Below, one piece after another: positions 51,972 to 64,000 of a DNA stretch of 64,000 bases (positions within the stretch are counted from its first letter, which is position 1; every line of letters begins with the position of its first letter). The position numbers and the translations under genes were made by a program. Source of the stretch: Eledone cirrhosa (lineage: Eukaryota); the NCBI GenBank assembly GCA_964016885.1, contig OZ024743.1, positions 165,726,001 through 165,790,000 on the forward strand. Direction: 5' to 3'. The notes beneath the pieces were generated by a model. That model saw nothing but the letters and a program-made list of their open reading frames with translations. It had not been told where the DNA came from and ran no database searches.

Positions 51972-54728
51972 TAGTTGCATTTATCTTGCTTTATGTCATT
52001 ACGAGTTATCACCAAGTCACAACCAGTGACCTCAAGAGACAACAAGGTCCACCATGTTCAAGAAAGAACATACATACTCACACATGCATCTTTAGGTGTT
52101 TAGACTTGTGATGTACTTATACTGACAGAATCTTCCTTAGTATATGGGCAGTTCCAATTAGTACTATCTTTTGTATTTCTCCTATACGCGGGTTTCCTGG
52201 GATTTGCGATAAGTAATCATTAGACCCCTTAGGTATCATTCCTAGAGCGCCTACAACCACTGGTATTGTTTTAGTTCTCAATTCCACATTTTTCCAATTT
52301 CTATCTCCAGGTCCTTATACTTGCTCAATTTTTCAAATGTTTTTATAGATACATTATTGTCTATTGGAACAGACATATCAATTAGCAGGCATACCCTCTT
52401 TTTAAAGTCCTTCAGTATTATATCAGGTCTATTTGCATCTATTTTTCGGTCTGTTTGGATGCTAAAGTTCCACAAGATTGAGATGTAATCTTTTTCTAGT
52501 ATGGAAGGTGGTTGATGCTCCCACCAATTCTTTTGATGGGGCAGGTCAAAATGCTTATTACACATTATCCAATGTATGTATTGTGCAGCTCTGTCATGCC
52601 TGTTTAGGTATTCGGTTGGAGCTATAGGACTGCATATTGAAATTATATGATCAATGGTTTCTGGTTGTTTTTTACATACACGGCATAATCGGTTACATCC
52701 ATTTTTTATTATGTTGGCTTGGTAATTTTTTGTTGGCAGACACTGATCTTGTGCTGATATAACCAGTCCTTCAGTCTCCGATTTCAGTCCAGAGGATGCC
52801 AACCACTGATGGGTTAAAGTTTTGTCAACATCAGGATTGTTAGCTCTTTCTGGGTATTTTCCATACATAGGCTTTTCTTGCCATTTCTTAGCCAGTTTCT
52901 GTAGCAGTTCTTTCTTTGCAGTTACTTTTACCTGCTTTGCTTTTTCTGTGCCTTTCATTTCAGCAGTAAATGGAACTTTTGAAATTTGTAGTCCATTACT
53001 GTATCTTTGTGATGGAACATCTTTTGTAATGGAATATGATCTTTTGATGCTTTCGTGTTTCAAAACTAGTTTGATCATCCAATCATGTGCTTCCCTTAGA
53101 TATGTAGATAATCCAATTGTTGCAGTTTTCAACGCAATATCTAACTGGATTAACCCACGTCCTCCTTCTTTCCTAGGAAGATATATTCTATCTGTATCTG
53201 CCTTAGGGTGATGCATTCTGTGCATGGTTAAGAATCTTCTAATTTTTATATCGAGCCTACGAATCTCTGTGCATGATCAGTTGATGACATTGTAACTGTA
53301 GGTTACTACTGGTATGACAAGCGTGTTTATGGCATCGATCCTATTCCTTGCATTCTTAAGATTGCTCTTAATGTGCGGTAACATTACTTCCTTATCCTTT
53401 CCCTCATTGTCGAGTGCTTGATTCCGTCTCCTTCACAAACACTTAGATATTTGTAAGTTTCCTCTTGATCAAGTTCTCTTATCACATTCCCCCGATCAAG
53501 ATTAATGTCTGAACTTCTCAGCAGCTTTCCTCTGGTGAACGTTGCTTTGGCGCATTTATCTAGTCCAAACTCCATTTTAATGTCATCACTGAACAGCTCC
53601 ACAGTGGATAATAGCCCTTGCAATTGTTCATCATTTTTTGCAAATAGTTTCAGGTCATCCATGTAGAACAAGTGATTAATGGTTTTGTCATAGACTTTAT
53701 ATCCATGTTTTGTTTCATTTAGCATTTTACGTAATGGTATAAGTGCGATGCAGAATAAAAGCGATGATAAAGAGTCACCCTGAAAAATTCCACAATTAAT
53801 ATTAACTTCTCCAGCATACCAGTTATTTTTTTTTCCTATTCAAAAGGTGTGACGTTTTCCATGTCTTCATACTGAATGATAAGAATCTCCTGACAACGGG
53901 AGATATTTTGAAAATCTCTAAACATTTTTCAATCCAACTGTGTGGCAAACTAGCGAATGCTTTTTTATAATCTATCCAAGCAATCGATAGATTTTTGTGT
54001 CTATTATGACAATCTTCCAGTATCATTTTGTTAACCAAAGGCTGATCTTTACAGCCATATGAGCCTGGGAAATAGATCATTTGTTATCAGGTGGTCATAT
54101 GTATATTCAGTTAGGACTGATGTTAAAATTTTATACATTGTGGTCAAGCAAGTTATCGGTCTGTAATTTTTGGGATTGTTTGTCTCATCATTCTTCGAAA
54201 GTAGGAATGTAATGCCGTTAACTAGCCATGATGGTATCTTTTCTGGCTCCTTAACTATTTCATTGTAAAGTTGGGCTAACAGCTCATGAGACTCTGTGAA
54301 GGCATTTATCCAAAAATTTAGTATTTTGTCTTTTCCTAGGGATTTCCATTTGCTGGTTTTTCTAAGAGCCAAACGCAACTGTTCAACTGTTATATTTTCC
54401 CATGTTTGTTCCTCAAGGTGAGCTGTATCTTTCATTTGTCTGTCTATCCATGGGGCATGTATATTATGAACTTTTTCTTCGGCCCAGATCTTTTCCCAGA
54501 ATTCTTGCACTTCCTCTTTGGGTGGTATTGATTTAGCAGTTATTGTTGACTTGCCAATTTTTCTGTAGAAGTTTCTTTGGTTGTTTTTGAACATATTATT
54601 GTCCTTATAGAATCTAGATCGTTTTTCAAAGCGCCTTATACGAGCAGCTTTGGCAGACACTTTTTGCTTGATTATTTTTATCAGCATGTCTATGTCACTT
54701 GTTGATTTTATACTGTATTTTCTTTTCA

Positions 54729-54732
<4 letters not shown>
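51972..54732 (-). mobile_element. Dong-A copy A5, 5'-truncated
   Basis: ORFs 52278..54858 match A2; TTA tracts on both sides. Confidence 0.93.
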
Positions 54733-54772
<40 letters not shown>

Positions 54773-57700
54773 GAGGAGGCCACAAGCAATGAAAAGGATG
54801 GAGAAACCATCCTTCCTCTACGAGAAGTAAGGTAAGTGGTCTTTCCCAGCTTTTCCACTCCATTTCAACATCACTCAGAATAGGCAGAATAGGCAGCATA
54901 AATGCGCGTGGCTTGGAGTCGTCATGGAAGCAGGTTCACCTGCTCAACGACCTCAGGTCACTAAACATAGATGTAGTGACCATCAGCGAGACCAGAATCT
55001 CCGAGGCACGGGCCTTCGCACCGATCTTCGGCGGCTACGATGTGTACGCATCTCCCAGCCGTCCGGGATCGGGGGGAGGAATTGCTGTGCTTTTTCAGAG
55101 AGGTTTGGATCTCGCCATACGGGCCATCTTCCTGGACCCAGAGGGTAAGTTGGTGGTGCTGGACGTGACCAGCGGAGACGGGCAAGCTTTCAGGCTAGTG
55201 GCCGTCTATGCCCCGACAGGAGCAGGGCGGCCTGATTTCTTCCGGCGTCTGGAGACCTTTCTTGGAACGTCCCGCTCTTTAGTGTTAGTGGGCGACTGGA
55301 ATGGGATCTTAGATGCACGCTGGGACTGTGTGGGATTAGCGGATAGGGGTGGAGGGTGCAAGAGCCTCACCAACCTGCTCAGGCGTTTTGAACTCTCTGA
55401 CAGGTACCTATTGGATTTCCCGAATGTGCCAATGTGGACTTGGACAAATCGTATAGGGTCATCCAGATCATATCTAGATAGAGTATTTTGTAGGGAAATA
55501 GATAGGTCTAGCATAGGCTGTCCACAATTCAAGATAGTCAGCTACACGGACCACAAATTCGTGATCTGTGTGCTTGACTTAGATAGGCTTCATAGACGAG
55601 GACCCGGCTACTGGAAGCGAAACGCATCCTTACCAGCGCGCAAGGCCTACAGAGACCGGATTAGCGAACTAGTTAAGCGGGCGTTGACGGGGGCCATCGT
55701 CAACAACAAGTGGTGGTTTGCTCTGAAAAGAGCGATTAGAATAGAATCGATTAGGTTTAGCAATAGAGAAAAATAGAGCAGATGGAGAACTAGTTAGAAA
55801 ATTAGACGAGGCGCTTAGCAAAGGCATTGCGACCGACGTGCTTGCGGCGAAATTGGCTCTTGACCAATTCTTCAATGCAAAGCACGAAGGCTGCGTTGTC
55901 AGAGCTAGAGTGCGTGCTCTCAGACACGAGGGGACGAAAGCCATTCAATGGGCCCGAGTGGCGGAGGTGCGTCGTGGAAACAAAGCCACGATCCGGTCTT
56001 TGGTGGACCACGACGGGCGCATGCTACTCGATCCCAGGCAAATGTGTGAAGCTTTTCAGCGACACTTCGCTCAGCTGTTCGGGGGCAGCGGTGAGCCGGG
56101 TCGAGGGATGGACTTTAGTGTCTACCTCGACGGACTGCCGCGGCTCTCGGCCACTGAGGCGGAGTGTTGCGAAAAGCCGATAACAGCCGCTGAAGTAAGG
56201 GAGGCAATGACTGGCTGCACAAGGGGTAAATCGCCTGGTTTGGATGGTCTGCCCTATGAACTTTACGTACAGATGCTAATCTTGTTCGGAGGCCTCTTGG
56301 CGGACGTCTACTGCAACTGGCAACAGAACGGGAGAATTCCCAGTTCTGTGAGCCGAGGAGCGGTGGCATTGCTGAGAAAGGATCCGAACAAGGGGGATAA
56401 CATAGACAATTTCTGGCCCATAACTCTGCTAAACACAGAGTTCAAGATTTTGGCCAAGGTGCTAGCAAAGAGGTTGGCGCTTGTCGTTGGTGGTCTGGTG
56501 GGAGAGGCGCAGACATGCGCCATTCCCGACAGATCCATCCACGACAACCTCCACCTCATGCGATACATCGTAGAGAGGGTAGCTAGGGAACCTGGCACGG
56601 GTGGGTCCTTGATCAATTTAGATCAGTCGAAAGCTTTCGATAGGGTCGACCATCGTTACCTAGCGGCAGTCCTGAGGGCGGCTGGCTTTGGGCACGTCTT
56701 CAGAGGCTGGATCGCTGCCATGCACAGCGACATCCGCTCTGTGGTGAGAGTGAACGGTCACCTTTCGGAACCGTTCAACATCATACGCTCGGTCCGCCAA
56801 GGATGTCCCCTCTCGTCCCTCTTGTACGTATTGACTCTCGAGCCATTATTGCACAAACTGGAGACGTTGAGGGGCGTCCCGCGCGAACTAGGATGCGGAA
56901 TATCCGTGTCAGCATATGCGGACGATGTCACCGTAGTGGTGTCGAACGCCAAACACAACGAGACGATCGGCACTACACTAAGAGAATACGAAGCGGTGAC
57001 AGGAGCAATGATCAACCAGGAAAAGTCAGTGGGCCTGCAGCTCGGCACCTGGAGAGGCAGGTCCATGCCGTCCAACAGCGTCGTCGGACGCTGGACGGAC
57101 GGACCGGTTAAATTGCTAGGGGTCTGGTTCGGTCCGGACCTCCAGACGGACAAAAACTGGGACGAGGTGACGAGCAGGGTGGCTTCTCTCACTCAGAAAT
57201 GGGCCGAGAGGAAGCTATCCCTGAAAGGTCGAGCGGAGGTGGCTAACGCGTACATCGCGTCTGTCATCTGCTACCGCCTTACCGTCGTACCTTGTCCTAA
57301 GCCCCGCCTGACTGCGCTGGAGCGTTTGCTCTTTCGCTTTTTGTGGAAGGGACGCGCTCCGATGGTCAGGCGGTCCATCTGCTGTCAACACCCGCTACGT
57401 GGAGGGCTGGGAATGCCGTGGCTGATGATGCGCAGACACGCGCTCAGGCTACGACATCTCCACCTCTTCCTCGACGGTTATCAGGTGTGGTCGCCGTTTG
57501 CTAGACACGTATTTCCCCAGCTCGTTTCCTTGACGGAGCTGCAGTCCTGGGTCAAGCGAAGACCGAGAGGGAGCGCCTGGAGACTGGAATGTCTTCAGGC
57601 GCTCACAGCCCTCGACCAATTGGGCAATGTGATCGGTGGAAACTCCACCTCGGCGTTCTATAGAGGATTAGTGGAGGGGAAGAGCGACGACGTACTTGAG

Positions 57701-58529
57701 GAAACTCTAGGCGTCGACGAAAATCAACTAGCCAATCTCTTCGGAAGAACTTTCGGGCCGGGACCTATGGACAACTTCCAGAAATCTCTGGCCTGGCAGT
57801 GCTACCGAGGAGCCTTGCCAGTTCGGGATAAACTCTACAGGTATGGAGGTGCCGTCAGCCGTGCATGTCCGAGATGCGCGCAGGGCGACGAAACCGTCCT
57901 GCACGCACTCGTCCAGTGTCCAAAAATTGCTGACTTGTGGGTTTATGTCGAACACCTGCTGTCACGTGTAGGACGAATCCGGCTATCATCTGAGTCCATC
58001 GTGAGGATTGCCCCGCACTCTTCCTCTAGCCGGGAAGGGCAGGCAGTTTTATCTGTCTGGTGGCCATGGCGAAAGAGATAGTATGGTGGACACGTTTGAA
58101 AGGGCTGAAGACGAGCACTTACCTCTTCGGTGATGCCCTGATTAACTTTTTCAAATTTCATTTGAAAAGGAAAATCAGGGTAGAGAGGGAAGTGCTCTCT
58201 TCCCAGCATTTTATTGAAAGATGGGTGAGAGAAGCAAGAATGGCCCGAGTGAATGGGCCTACTCTGAGTACGTATCTGTAAATTAAAAGTGGAAAACTGG
58301 GAGAGGGCACTTGCCTTGGTGGTCAGGGTCACTGTGGCCTTTTACTGGGCTTTCTCCACAAATGTCCCTCCGAAGTCTCGCCCCTATTGGGGAATTTTTC
58401 ATTGTTATTTTTTTGTTACATCCTCTGTTTTTTTTTTTACACGCAGAAATGACCATTTGTACCGTCCTGTATTGTCCTGCACTGTCCTTAATGTCTACTT
58501 TATGTAAACCCTTGTGGTTAATAAAGAAA

Positions 58530-58531
<2 letters not shown>
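54773..58531 (+). mobile_element. Tx1/L1-type LINE copy 2, 5'-truncated (APE and RT)
   Basis: Near-identical to copy 1 over the RT and 3' UTR; (TTA)n at 54731-54772 and 58532-58588. Confidence 0.94.
54898..58281 (+). pseudogene. Tx1-type ORF2: APE endonuclease, RT and Zn finger, with two frame breaks
   Basis: INARGL, ISET, VYAP, GDWN, YLDR and TDH (APE); ORF 55838..58081 has YADD and CPRC. Confidence 0.92.
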
Positions 58532-58588
<57 letters not shown>

Positions 58589-58589
<1 letters not shown>

Positions 58590-60351
58590 TTTGAGTCTCA
58601 GTCATTGATGTAATTTAACTGGAAAGTTTGTCCAAATGAATATCAAGCCGCTACCTGCACCCTCAGATATTCAGGACATATCGGAGGGTTCTTGCTGTTC
58701 CCAGCAAGCATGCCTTTTGAAGTGTACCAAAAAAGGGGGCTGGACTAATGTTCTTTAACCATCCTTGAAAGCTCTTCGAGATAGTACCTAGTGTGCCTAT
58801 GACAATTGGGACGACCATGATCTCATGACAGTCCTAAATCCCTTTTAACTCCCACTTTAAATCATGGTATCGGTTAATTTTCTCCTTCTCCTTTTCTTGC
58901 AATCTTGTGTCAAAGGAGTAGGCTATATCTACAATCAAGCACGATCTTTTTCAGGGCTATTATATTCTAATTTCTTGTCCGTCTGCATCCTGAAATCCCA
59001 TAGCACATTCACTTGATCGTTTTCTATCACCGACTCTGGCTTATGTTCATATCATTTCTCAGAATGTGATAATTTGTTTAGTTTGCATATATGCCAGCGA
59101 ATCACCTTTCCTATCATATCATCGGATACGATGTGATCCACAGTCTCCGCTCTCTCTTCACAGATCCTGCACAGTGAACTATCCTCCTTGTTAATATGGC
59201 GTTTCACCCACTCCGTTCTGAGGGCTTGCCCTTGTGCAGCCATTAGCATTCCTTCTGTAGCTTTTTTAAGCTCCATGTCTGTGGGTCTCTGAATTCTGTT
59301 TGCTTAAAGAAGGCGTTATGAAGGGATTTTTCATGAATGTTGCTCTTACTCTTTGTTGTTCTTTCTTCCTTGGACATCCCCTGGTCTATTATCTTCTCCT
59401 TCAAATCTGAGCATTGGCTTCCTACTCTCAGACACATATTTGTGCAGACTAGTCCTCTATGCTGATAAGACCTCTTCCACCTTCATATCTCTTTAAGTAG
59501 AGTCTATCAACATCACTCCTCTTGTAGAACATGTTGTACATAATCATTGGCTTCCTATCCATTTCTTTTTGTTCAGTAACATTCCATTTCAGAATTCCCG
59601 CACTGTACCTAATTATAGACACAGCTCAGGAATTTACTGGACATTCCTACTATTTAGATGTGATTTTAGTATGTTCCTTACTCTCCTTATTTATTCAGAT
59701 CTTATCAATTCCTTCATTTAATTGTTCTTGGTGTCATCAGCCTAAAAGAACACCCAAATATTTGTATCCCTCTGCAGTGTCGATTTCCTTTATCATCTCA
59801 TCTGTGGTACCTGGATTCCGTTGCTTCATCACTTGGACTCCACACTTATTAACACCAAATTCCATACATATATCAATGCTCCAACTCCTTCTCGCTTTTT
59901 CCAAAGAGTTTTAGATCGTCCATGGAGAGGAGGTGGTTGATGGTAAGCTCTCCTCTTCCCAGCTTGTATCCTGCTTTCACGTTTCGCAATATGAGGGACA
60001 AGAGTCTGAGTGTAAGGACAAATAACAAAGGGTACAAACTATCTCCTTAGAAGATACCTCTCTTGATCTTCACGCCTCCCAAGGACTCTCCACCTGATGT
60101 TAGCTCTGTTTCCCAAGAATTCATACTTTTTACTTAATAGCTGTCTGATGTTGTCGGCCACCTTGAAGATATCTAGGCTTTTGGTTATCCAAGAAAGAGG
60201 AACCATGTCGAATGCTTTCTTGTAATCTATCCATCCTATGGCGAGACCAGTATGCCTCCTCTTGCAACATCCTTTCTGTTCGTCCGGCAATAAGTTGTTT
60301 ATGTGGAAATGATAGTAGATTTCCTCAGACACAATGCTTGTTAGCAGTTTC
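58589..60351 (-). mobile_element. Dong-B copy B3, old and degenerate
   Basis: The 3' end ctttgagtc..tcattgatg matches B1; ORF pieces 59052..60332. Confidence 0.88.
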
Positions 60352-60641
60352 TGAGATTGATAAGTATTGCAAGTATATTCAAGGTTCTTGTTAATTTTTA
60401 ATATGTTACCTCCGTAACTATGTGTGTTTACACTCTACAAATTATCCCCTATAATTGTTTGATGTGTTTATTTTATATATATGTCATTCGACTTTTGATT
60501 TAATATAAATGCTCGGGTTTACTACTTGGTACCTTTAAGCTTATTCCACAGGTGGTATGACGCATGCTTCTGATATTATCAGACATGACATCTTTAATCT
60601 AATTTTGGTAGTATATATATATACATTTCCAACTTCACCCC

Positions 60642-60697
<56 letters not shown>

Positions 60698-60705
60698 CTG
60701 TGTGT

Positions 60706-60743
<38 letters not shown>

Positions 60744-61315
60744 GAAGTAATTCCGTCGGAAACGTACAGGAAAAAGAGTGCTCTATGTAGGCTACAGAGT
60801 TTATTAGTTATGTAATAAACAACATAAGATAATTATTTCATTTACCATTGGTTTCTTGAAAGCAGATATATCTGTTTTCAGTCGTCAGAATGAATAAAAC
60901 ATGGTGTTTTTCTTAAATATGGATTTGAAAACAAAATATAAAAAATATGAAAGTGAGGCTGAGGAAACAACGAGTGAAGAAGGAGAGAAAGAATACATAT
61001 ATATATATAAACAGTAAATATATAAACATTCACACACTCAACCACGCGCATATACTTAAAAAGTACGTAGACGTATACATTATTACATAAATGTATATGT
61101 GTCTACATACATGGACAAAATACATATACATGAAGTAATAAGAATAAATAAATAAATAAATGAATAAGAACAAAAAATATAAAGCAAAAATAAAAAATAA
61201 AAACAAAGGATACGTGTTGACAACGATAAGTGAGAGGAGGGGGAATAATAAAAACAATTAAAAATAAACAAATACACGAGGTGTGCATATACATAAATAT
61301 ACATATATATATAAA

Positions 61316-61369
<54 letters not shown>

Positions 61370-62065
61370 GTACATACACACGCACACACACACACACAAA
61401 AACATGCACAACACTCATACACACGTATAAAAACACATTCACAAATGTATGTGTAAATACATATTCACATACACACAATTATACACACACACATATAACA
61501 AAAATATAAAATACAAAATAAACATACGTACACATACACATACACATACACATACACATGCGTGCAAAAATACATATACACATACACACGCATACACACG
61601 TATATAAAAACATGCATACAACCAAATATACCAACACACATATAAACCCTACAAAAGAGCATTGGTACAAACCCTACGTACAAACGTATACACATGTGTG
61701 CGCGCACTCGCACGTAATAAGAAATCAACACACGCATACAAAACCATACGTAAAACTATACAGCCAAAAACAAAAGCATATATACAACCGCATACACACA
61801 ACTATATACGTAAACACATACATAGAACCATATATAAGTATAATATAAACATAAATAAACTCACACACATAAATATATACATACAAACACATACACACAT
61901 ATAATTATATACACATACACATGCAAATACATTATACATACATCCATATATATATTGCTATTTCAGAGCTCCAATTCTAATTTTTAATTTCTGCCTGACC
62001 AACAATCGCTCTGTATAATCAGCTCCTGATTATTTACTAGAATTCTATAAGAATATAACATCGGT

Positions 62066-62160
62066 GATCTCAGTAGACAGGAGGGGTAGTTAGCCTTGAT
62101 AAGCTTCAACAAAAGCGAAACAAGGCCCTTGTCGGCTTATCTCCCCTGTTTGCTGAGATT
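62066..62160 (+). ncRNA. Type-I hammerhead motif (U3-A8) with extended stem I
   Basis: gatctcagtagacaggaggggtagttagcc TTGATAA gctt..aagc GAAACAAG gcc CTTGTC ggcttatctcccctgtttgctgagatt; ATTAAA follows. Flanked by a ~60-bp direct repeat (61922 / 62240). Confidence 0.85.
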
Positions 62161-62542
62161 AAAGTAAGTGAATTTGTCACTACTCTAAAACAATAGCATA
62201 CGGTCTTCAAAATGCTTTTAATTAAGCATAATGTGTATTGCAAAATACATTATATATACATCCATATATATATTGCTATTTCAGAGCTCCAATTCTAATA
62301 TATATATATATATACAGTATTTACGTATCGAAAAAGAGAAAAAAAGAAAAAAGGGGAGGATAGGTGATACATATAGTTATTTGCCAAGTAGCGTATGCCA
62401 AAGGTGCTCGATACTAGTGCCGGCAGTATTAAATATTCGAAGTGTTAATATTTAGTGGGCTAGAGAGTTAGCAGAGCGTAAGCACGTGGGAAAGTAAAAC
62501 ATCGGAGAATAGACCGTTAAAACATGTTTATTTAAAACAGCA

Positions 62543-62577
62543 CCTACCTACGTTTCGCCCAGTTGGGCTTCTCAAGG
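62543..62577 (-). ncRNA. Minimal type-I hammerhead motif (U3-A8)
   Basis: Minus strand: cc TTGAGAA gccc-aact-gggc GAAAC gtag GTA gg, then AATAAA. Confidence 0.7.
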
Positions 62578-63514
62578 GCATAAATAATGAAAAGTGTTCC
62601 TTATATTGCTCGGAAAGAGTTTTGGGGGTTAAATCCACATCAAGGTTCATTGCTCGCAAAAATAGCTTGTGTTGATTTTGCAGCAGGTCAAGGGAGGTAA
62701 CTCCGGCCGGTGTTAGGGCAGTCTTTCCCGGACAATTTTTTTTTTTTTTTTTTTTTTTAAATATATATATATATATTTATATATATATATATATATATAT
62801 TATGAAATACTGTTGGCTTCACGCTCACAATAATTTCTATACTTCCATTTATATATATATATACGTGTCTCGTGTGTATGTATGTACGCATGCATGCGCG
62901 TTTGTCTGTACGTATTTGTGTGTATAAATATTTTTATATATGTGTGTGTACGTGCGTACCTATGTTTGTTTTCTTTTTTCTAGTGTTAATTGATAACCCC
63001 TCCCTCTTACCTTCTCTTTGATTTAAAACATTTTTTCATTCTCATATATTGTTTCATTTTTATACATATATCGAGAATGACACTTCTTTTTACTATTACA
63101 CTCCCTTCCCTCTTTATCTTCCGCATATAAGTGACCGCGCGTGTGTGTGTGTGTTTATACGCGTGCTTTCATACTCGTATGTGTATATATTTAATACCTG
63201 TATCTGGATGCGTGTTAACTATATTATCTTACAATTTCTTTTTCAACTCATATTATATACGTATTTGTGGTCACATATACACAAATATACTTTCCCTCAT
63301 ATATGTACTTACGCACACATTTTCGCCATACACATGCATTTGTACATACACACATATGTACATTTGTGAGTGTATATACATACATATACACATACCCTAA
63401 CTATATTTCCTTATTTTTTTATATATCTCTTGCATTACTTTTATTTATATATTTTTTGCCCGTTAAACTCTTGCTTTTCTTGAGGAGATTTTCCAAATAT
63501 TTCACTATGTTTTA

Positions 63515-63592
63515 AATTGCCTTGTCCGATGAACGAATGAGGACGTTTTTCGTATTCGTCTTATTCGGGAAACCTCTGGTAATGAGGTAATT
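63515..63592 (+). ncRNA. Type-I hammerhead motif (U4C core variant) with 11-bp stem I
   Basis: aattgccttgt CCGATGA a[cgaatgaggacg..cgtcttattcg]g GAAACC tct GGTA atgaggtaatt. Confidence 0.72.
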
Positions 63593-63687
63593 ATATTGTA
63601 TTATTATACATTAAATTTAGCTCTGGTACTTACATAGAGCACTCTTCACTCCTATGACTTTTTCAATTTTCAACGGAAACTTCAATA

Positions 63688-63740
<53 letters not shown>

Positions 63741-64000
63741 GTGTTAAACCATATTCAATGAGTATGTCAAAGAATGAGTTTTACAGTAGATTGGATATTT
63801 TATATAGTTTTAAATATTTTAAAATATACCTACCACATTTCTATATACATGATTCAAATATAGAGAAAATATCCAAACTAAAAATTATTATAGACATTAT
63901 TTTGAACTCTGAATTATCCATGCACTTATTATTGTTTTTCTTATATATATATATGTATTTAATGGTAACACGTTGAACTCTATTTTATAAAATTATAACC

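Noticed and set aside
60557-63976. Many short YI/CV/HT-rich ORFs
   Set aside because: Translations of (TA)n and (CA)n low-complexity DNA with no domain motifs.

Overview
Eukaryotic, AT-rich and microsatellite-rich DNA made almost entirely of transposons, with no recognisable host gene. The SINE type and repeat landscape suggest a mollusc such as an octopus, which is inference only. (1) There are two nested arrays (about 3.0-33.9 kb and 50.8-60.4 kb) of non-LTR retrotransposons joined at (TTA/TAA)n tracts. Two families of R4/Dong-type REL-endonuclease elements lie on the minus strand, and a Tx1/L1-type APE element lies on the plus strand. (2) A CsRn1-type Ty3/gypsy element sits inside one Dong copy, and a second, non-coding LTR pair follows at 36-38 kb. 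(3) Many Penelope-like element (PLE) relics sit in (TA)n tracts and carry about ten type-I hammerhead ribozyme motifs from several distinct families, five with the U3-A8 core variant. (4) tRNA-derived SINEs have target duplications that begin ATTATT. (5) Helitron, Tc1/mariner, MITE and RTE fragments are also present. All calls are by eye and boundaries are approximate to a few bases.
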